Assembly (NCBI GenBank): GCA_964403885.1
Contig: CAYOHY010000001.1
Coordinates: 4,209-68,208, forward strand
From: an uncultured Eubacteriales bacterium
GTDB lineage: Bacteria > Actinomycetota > Coriobacteriia > Anaerosomatales > PHET01
Length of the DNA stretch: 64,000 nt
Direction of reading: 5' to 3'
The position numbers and the translations under genes were made by a program. Below, piece after piece: positions 59,696-64,000 of this stretch. Each line of letters begins with the position of its first letter. Position 1 is the stretch's first letter. The notes beneath the pieces were generated by a model. It was not told the DNA's origin. It saw nothing but the letters and a program-made list of their open reading frames with translations, and searched no databases.

Positions 59696-60594
59696 CCCAG
59701 GTCGATGCTCCCGTCGTGAAGGGCGAGCTGACGCTCGTCTCTCGCGAGACCCAGATCAAGGAATGGTTGCTCGCGACCCTGTTCTTCCTCTGTGCATTCG
59801 TGGCCGTGCTGGCCGTCGCGCTGATCTTCGCGTTCGTGGGCTGGAAGGCGTGGCCCATCGCAAGCGAGGTCGGTATCGGCAACTTCCTCAGAGGCGAGGT
59901 ATGGGCGCCCTCTGACGAGCAGTTTGGCATCCTTCCGCTCATCGTCGGCTCGTTCGTGGTGACGCTGGGCGCGCTCGCTTTGGGAACGCCGCTCGCCGTG
60001 GGTACGGCGGTATTCCTCTCCGAGGTCGCCTCGCCACGTATGCGCTCGATCGTGCGTCCCGCCGTCGAGCTGCTCGCGGGCGTGCCGTCGGTGGTGTACG
60101 GGTTCTTTGGCATCGTCATGCTGCGCCCGGTCGTCGCGACCCTCACGGGTGGCGTGGGATTCGGCGCGCTGACGGCGTGGCTGATCCTCGCCATCATGAT
60201 CGTGCCCACCATCGCCGCGCTGTCTGAAGACGCATTGCGCTCGATCCCGATGGGCATCCGGGAGGCGAGCTATGCGATGGGGGCCACACAGTGGCAGACC
60301 ATCTACAAGGTCGTAGTACCGGCGGCCAAGGTGGGCATCATCGACGCGGTGATCTTGGGCATGGGCCGCGCCATCGGTGAGACGATGGCCGTTCTCATGG
60401 TCGTGGGCAACGCGCCGGTGTTCTTCCAGGGAGTGGGCGAGCCCATCTCGACGCTCACGAGCCAGATCGTCATGGACATGGGGTACTCGACCGGCACACA
60501 CCGCACGGCGCTGTTCGGCATGGCGGCGATCCTGTTCGTCATCTCGATGCTGCTCGTGCTGGCGGTCCGCCTCATGGCAAGGCTGAGGGACTAG
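59692..60594 (+). CDS. pstC: Phosphate ABC transporter permease PstC
   Basis: 6 TM with a permease EAA-like loop. Overlaps the pstS stop. Confidence 0.85.
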   Translation: MTQVDAPVVKGELTLVSRETQIKEWLLATLFFLCAFVAVLAVALIFAFVGWKAWPIASEVGIGNFLRGEVWAPSDEQFGILPLIVGSFVVTLGALALGTPLAVGTAVFLSEVASPRMRSIVRPAVELLAGVPSVVYGFFGIVMLRPVVATLTGGVGFGALTAWLILAIMIVPTIAALSEDALRSIPMGIREASYAMGATQWQTIYKVVVPAAKVGIIDAVILGMGRAIGETMAVLMVVGNAPVFFQGVGEPISTLTSQIVMDMGYSTGTHRTALFGMAAILFVISMLLVLAVRLMARLRD

Positions 60595-60596
60595 AC

Positions 60597-61421
60597 GTGA
60601 ACAAGACCACCGTCAACAACATCGCAGTGGGCGTCCTGTGGGCCGCGGCCGGCATCACCGTCGCGGTTCTGGGTGCGCTCATCCTCTACGTCTTCATCAA
60701 CGGGATCCGCGTGATCTCGCCCGAGTTCATCTTCACGTGGCCCCGAGGCGTCAACGCCGAAGGCGGCATCTGGCCCACCATCGTGTCGACGCTCTACGTG
60801 ACCGGGTTGGCGATGCTCATCTGCACGCCGGTGGCCGTGCTCGCGGCGGTCTACCTCGCCGAGTACGCGCACCAGGGCCGTGTGGTCTCGGTCATCCGCT
60901 TTGCGGCCGACTCGCTCGCCAGTGTGCCCTCGATCGTCATGGGCCTGTTCGGCTTCGCGCTCTTCGTCGAAGCGATGGGCATCGGCCTGTCGATGCTCTC
61001 GGCGTCGATGGCGCTGTCCCTGCTCATGCTGCCCATCGTCATGCGCACCACCGAGGAGGCCATCCGCGCGGTGCCTCGCTACATCCGCTGGGGCTCCTAC
61101 GGCATGGGTGCCACCAAGTGGCAGACGGTATCTCGCGTCGTCTTGCCGGCTGCCGCTCCGCGCATCATCACCGGCATCGTGCTTGCGACCGGTCGCGCGG
61201 TGGGCGAGACCGCCGTCGTGTTCTACACGATGGGCCAGGCGATCTACCTGCCGATCACCCCGCTCGACTCGGGTCGTCCCATGACCGTCCATCTGTACCT
61301 GCTCGCGGTGGAAGGCATCAACATCCCCGCCGCGTACGGAACCGCCCTGCTTCTGATGATCATGATCTTGGGCTTCAACCTCGGTGCCCGTTGGATCCTC
61401 AAGCGCTACCGGAAGGTGTAG
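60597..61421 (+). CDS. pstA: Phosphate ABC transporter permease PstA
   Basis: 6 TM permease directly following pstC. Confidence 0.85.
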   Translation: MNKTTVNNIAVGVLWAAAGITVAVLGALILYVFINGIRVISPEFIFTWPRGVNAEGGIWPTIVSTLYVTGLAMLICTPVAVLAAVYLAEYAHQGRVVSVIRFAADSLASVPSIVMGLFGFALFVEAMGIGLSMLSASMALSLLMLPIVMRTTEEAIRAVPRYIRWGSYGMGATKWQTVSRVVLPAAAPRIITGIVLATGRAVGETAVVFYTMGQAIYLPITPLDSGRPMTVHLYLLAVEGINIPAAYGTALLLMIMILGFNLGARWILKRYRKV

Positions 61422-61423
61422 TC

Positions 61424-62248
61424 ATGACCTCTTCTGCGACTGTGGCCCACCGCCACCACCAGCACGCCGCCGCCGGCGATGCGAAGTTCGCGATCAAGAA
61501 CCTGAACTTCTGGTACGGCGACTTCAACGCGCTGACCGGGGTCAGCGTCGACATCCGCTCCAAGGCGATCACCGCGTTCATCGGCCCGTCGGGCTGCGGC
61601 AAGTCGACGTTCCTGCGCTGCATGAACCGCATGAACGACCTTATCCCCGGCACCCGTGTCGAGGGGACGATGCTGCTTGACGGCGCCGACATCTACGGTG
61701 CGGGTGTCGATCCCGTCGACTTGCGCAGGCGCGTGGGCATGATCTTCCAGCAGCCCAACCCGTTCCCGCAGTCGATCTACGACAACGTGGCGTACGGCCC
61801 GCGCCTGCAGGGCGTGAAGAAGAAGTCGGATCTCGACTCCATCGTCGAGGACTCCCTCAAGCGCGCTAACCTCTGGAAAGAGGTCAAGGACATCCTGGGC
61901 CGAGGCGGTCTGACGCTGTCCGGCGGCCAGCAGCAGCGTCTGTGTATCGCGCGCGTGCTCGCGGTCCAGCCCGAGGTGCTTCTGATGGACGAGCCGTGCT
62001 CGGCGATCGACCCCACGAGCGTCCAGAAGATCGAGGACCTCATGGCCGAGATCAAGGACCAGGTCACGATCGTCATCGTCACCCACAACATGCAGCAGGC
62101 CGCGCGTGTGAGCGACTACACCGCGTTCTTCTTGCAGGAGGTGGCAGGGGAGCCTGCGGTCCTCGTCGAGTACGGTCGCACGAGCGAAGTCTTCACGAGC
62201 CCATGTGACAAGCGCACCGAGGACTACATCACCGGCCGCTTCGGCTAG
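61424..62248 (+). CDS. pstB: Phosphate ABC transporter ATP-binding protein PstB
   Basis: GPSGCGKST Walker [10 protein letters not shown] signature, PstB-type C-terminus. The 536-aa ORF-track ORF is a chimera; the true start is the internal ATG. Confidence 0.9.
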   Translation: MTSSATVAHRHHQHAAAGDAKFAIKNLNFWYGDFNALTGVSVDIRSKAITAFIGPSGCGKSTFLRCMNRMNDLIPGTRVEGTMLLDGADIYGAGVDPVDLRRRVGMIFQQPNPFPQSIYDNVAYGPRLQGVKKKSDLDSIVEDSLKRANLWKEVKDILGRGGLTLSGGQQQRLCIARVLAVQPEVLLMDEPCSAIDPTSVQKIEDLMAEIKDQVTIVIVTHNMQQAARVSDYTAFFLQEVAGEPAVLVEYGRTSEVFTSPCDKRTEDYITGRFG

Positions 62249-62361
62249 GCGTTTTCTCGCAAGAACCTGCGGATAAGTAACAAGTATGTCGCACGAAACG
62301 GTGCGTGGCGTGGCTATACTGACCCAAAGTCAACACGGGACACACCGATGAGGAGCCCTGA

Positions 62362-63027
62362 ATGCGTGAGCAGTTCACCCAGGAACTAGCGGCACTCCAT
62401 GCCGAGGTCGTCGATATCGTCGCGGCCGTGACCGGCCAGACGCGTTCGGCCGTCACGTCGCTGATCGCCGGCGACATCGACCTGGCCGAGAAGGTCATCG
62501 CCGGAGACGACGACATCGACGCGCGCTGCGTGGCCATCGAGGAGCGCGTGCTCGAGACCATCGCCACCCAGTTCCCGGTCGCGCGCGACCTGCGACTACT
62601 CCAGTCGCTCGTCTTCATCGCGATGCACCTCGAGCGCATGGCCGACCTTGCGGTCAACATCGCCAAGGCGACCCGCCGCACGGCCGGGCGCAAGGGCCCG
62701 CAGACCCTCTACGACCTCATCCAGGCGCAGGGCAACCTCGTCTACCGCGTGCTCGACGCGACGCGCGAGGCGCTTGAGAAGCGCGATCTCGAGCTCGCCC
62801 GCAAGCTGCCTGAGCTCGACGAGCCCATCGACCACCTCTACAAGCAGTTCTTCCGCGAGCTTGCGCGACTGCAGGAAGAGGAGGAGATCGAGTGGGCGAG
62901 CTCTATGGTGCTTGCGAGCCGCTACCTCGAGCGTATCGCCGATAACGGCGTCGACATCGGTGAGCGCATCGCCTACCTGATCACCGGCGAGCGCGACTGG
63001 GCGGGCGACTCCTACAAGGGGGCCTAG
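62362..63027 (+). CDS. phoU: Phosphate signalling complex protein PhoU
   Basis: Two PhoU repeats (…DDDID…; …E..D…). 221 aa. Confidence 0.9.
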   Translation: MREQFTQELAALHAEVVDIVAAVTGQTRSAVTSLIAGDIDLAEKVIAGDDDIDARCVAIEERVLETIATQFPVARDLRLLQSLVFIAMHLERMADLAVNIAKATRRTAGRKGPQTLYDLIQAQGNLVYRVLDATREALEKRDLELARKLPELDEPIDHLYKQFFRELARLQEEEEIEWASSMVLASRYLERIADNGVDIGERIAYLITGERDWAGDSYKGA

Positions 63028-63029
63028 CG

Positions 63030-63707
63030 ATGACCTCTGTCGCTGCCCGCTTCCAGGCGGTTCGGCGGCATGTCTGTGACGCTGCTGACCTCGTCGGCCG
63101 CGACCCTGCGGACGTCACGATCGTCGCGGTCACCAAGACCGTCGGCATCGACGACGTCCGAGCGGCGATCGCGGCCGGCATGCGCGACTTCGGCGAGAAC
63201 CGTGTCCAGGAGTTCCTCGGCAAGTATGGTCTGTTTCCCGAGGAGCACTGGCACTTCATCGGCAGCCTTCAGACCAACAAGGTCAAAGACGTCGTGGGGC
63301 GTGCGGCGCTCATCCACAGCGTCGACTCCGTGAGGTTGCTCGAGGAGATCGACCGCCGTGCGGTGCGCGCGGGCGTGGTGCAGCCCATCTTGCTGCAGGT
63401 CAACGTGAGCGGCGAGGAGTCCAAGCACGGCTTCGAGCCCGATGACGTCCGTGACGTGCTTGTCGGGGCGTCCGGGTGCGAGGGTGTGCTGGTCAAGGGG
63501 CTCATGACGATGGCGCCGTACGGGCGCCCCGAGGAGGCGCGTCCCGTCTTCTCCGAGCTTCGTGACCTGCGCGACTCCCTGCGGGAGATGGCGCTCGATA
63601 GTGTAGAGTTAGACGAACTGTCTATGGGTATGACGAACGACTATCGCGTGGCCGTCGAGGAGGGGGCGACCATCGTCCGAGTGGGCCGCGCGATCTTCGG
63701 TCGATAG
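63030..63707 (+). CDS. yggS: YggS family pyridoxal-phosphate-binding protein (PLP homeostasis)
   Basis: VTKTV (the PLP lysine) motif and an alanine-racemase N-terminal fold. 225 aa. Confidence 0.9.
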   Translation: MTSVAARFQAVRRHVCDAADLVGRDPADVTIVAVTKTVGIDDVRAAIAAGMRDFGENRVQEFLGKYGLFPEEHWHFIGSLQTNKVKDVVGRAALIHSVDSVRLLEEIDRRAVRAGVVQPILLQVNVSGEESKHGFEPDDVRDVLVGASGCEGVLVKGLMTMAPYGRPEEARPVFSELRDLRDSLREMALDSVELDELSMGMTNDYRVAVEEGATIVRVGRAIFGR

Positions 63708-63727
63708 GTACGACGAGGGAGACTCCC

Positions 63728-64000
63728 GTGAGCTTGTGGCATCGGTTGAAGGTCCGTCTCGGTCTCGAGGACGAGTGGGACGACGATGAGTACTACGACG
63801 ACGACGAATACGTCGCCGAGGAGCCTGAGGGCTATGAGGACGACTATGCGCCTGCGCGCAGCACGTCGTCGCACGGTTCGCCGTACGGGTCGGGTGCTCA
63901 CCCCGGCGCCGTCAAGCGCGTCGATCGTGGTCCTGATCTCGACCGTGCACGCATGAGCTCCCCGCAGGCCAGTGGGCTCAGGAGCGTGCCCACCGGCGCC
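63728..64000 (+). CDS. sepF: Cell division protein SepF (3'-truncated by window edge)
   Basis: GTG start after GAGGGAGAC. SLWHRLKVRLGLEDEW N-terminal membrane-binding helix typical of SepF. Acidic/Tyr-rich linker. Confidence 0.7.
   Translation, partial: MSLWHRLKVRLGLEDEWDDDEYYDDDEYVAEEPEGYEDDYAPARSTSSHGSPYGSGAHPGAVKRVDRGPDLDRARMSSPQASGLRSVPTGA

Noticed and set aside
60638-62248. 536-aa ORF spanning pstA and pstB.
   Set aside because: The N-terminal ~260 aa is an Arg/His-rich alternative-frame translation of the pstA region. The genuine PstB begins at the internal ATG 61424, immediately after the pstA stop.

Overview
This window is a high-GC (~66-68%), gene-dense chromosomal region of ordinary housekeeping genes, read from sequence alone. 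Gene order is a mosaic: it carries a Bacillus-type 'yqh' block (aroQ-pepP-efp-[BCCP/accC]-asp23-nusB-xseB-dxs-tlyA) joined to an Actinobacteria-type block (tlyA-nadK-recN-steA-steB/mctB ... pyrG) and an Actinobacteria-type dcw cluster with no ftsA and with sepF downstream. In order, it contains:
- the 3' part of a type IV pilus assembly cluster (pilM partial, pilN, pilO and a fourth PilP-like gene) running straight into a shikimate/aro operon (aroC-aroK-aroB-aroQ-pepP-efp);
- a two-gene biotin carboxylase system whose partner is a carboxyltransferase-BCCP fusion, probably a two-subunit pyruvate carboxylase;
- a compact envelope module between steB/mctB and pyrG, which is the best candidate for something new: murJ with a translationally coupled GT2, a divergently transcribed ~770-aa membrane protein with an N-terminal exported domain, and a divergent MraY/WecA-like paralog;
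- pyrG, an M20 peptidase, a conserved hypothetical, ald, a long flotillin, xerD, and a BMP-family nucleoside-type ABC transporter;
- a minus-strand trio of small-membrane-protein and DUF4349 genes lying divergent from mraZ;
- the full dcw cluster (mraZ-rsmH-ftsL-ftsI-murE-murF-mraY-murD-ftsW-murG-murC-murB-ftsQ-ftsZ);
- a convergent DUF4013 membrane protein, then pgeF, a pstSCAB-phoU operon inserted before yggS, and the start of sepF.
No tRNA, rRNA, CRISPR array or mobile element was recognised. Several intrinsic-terminator hairpins and candidate operator repeats are reported. Many long minus-strand ORFs are antisense high-GC artefacts and were rejected.
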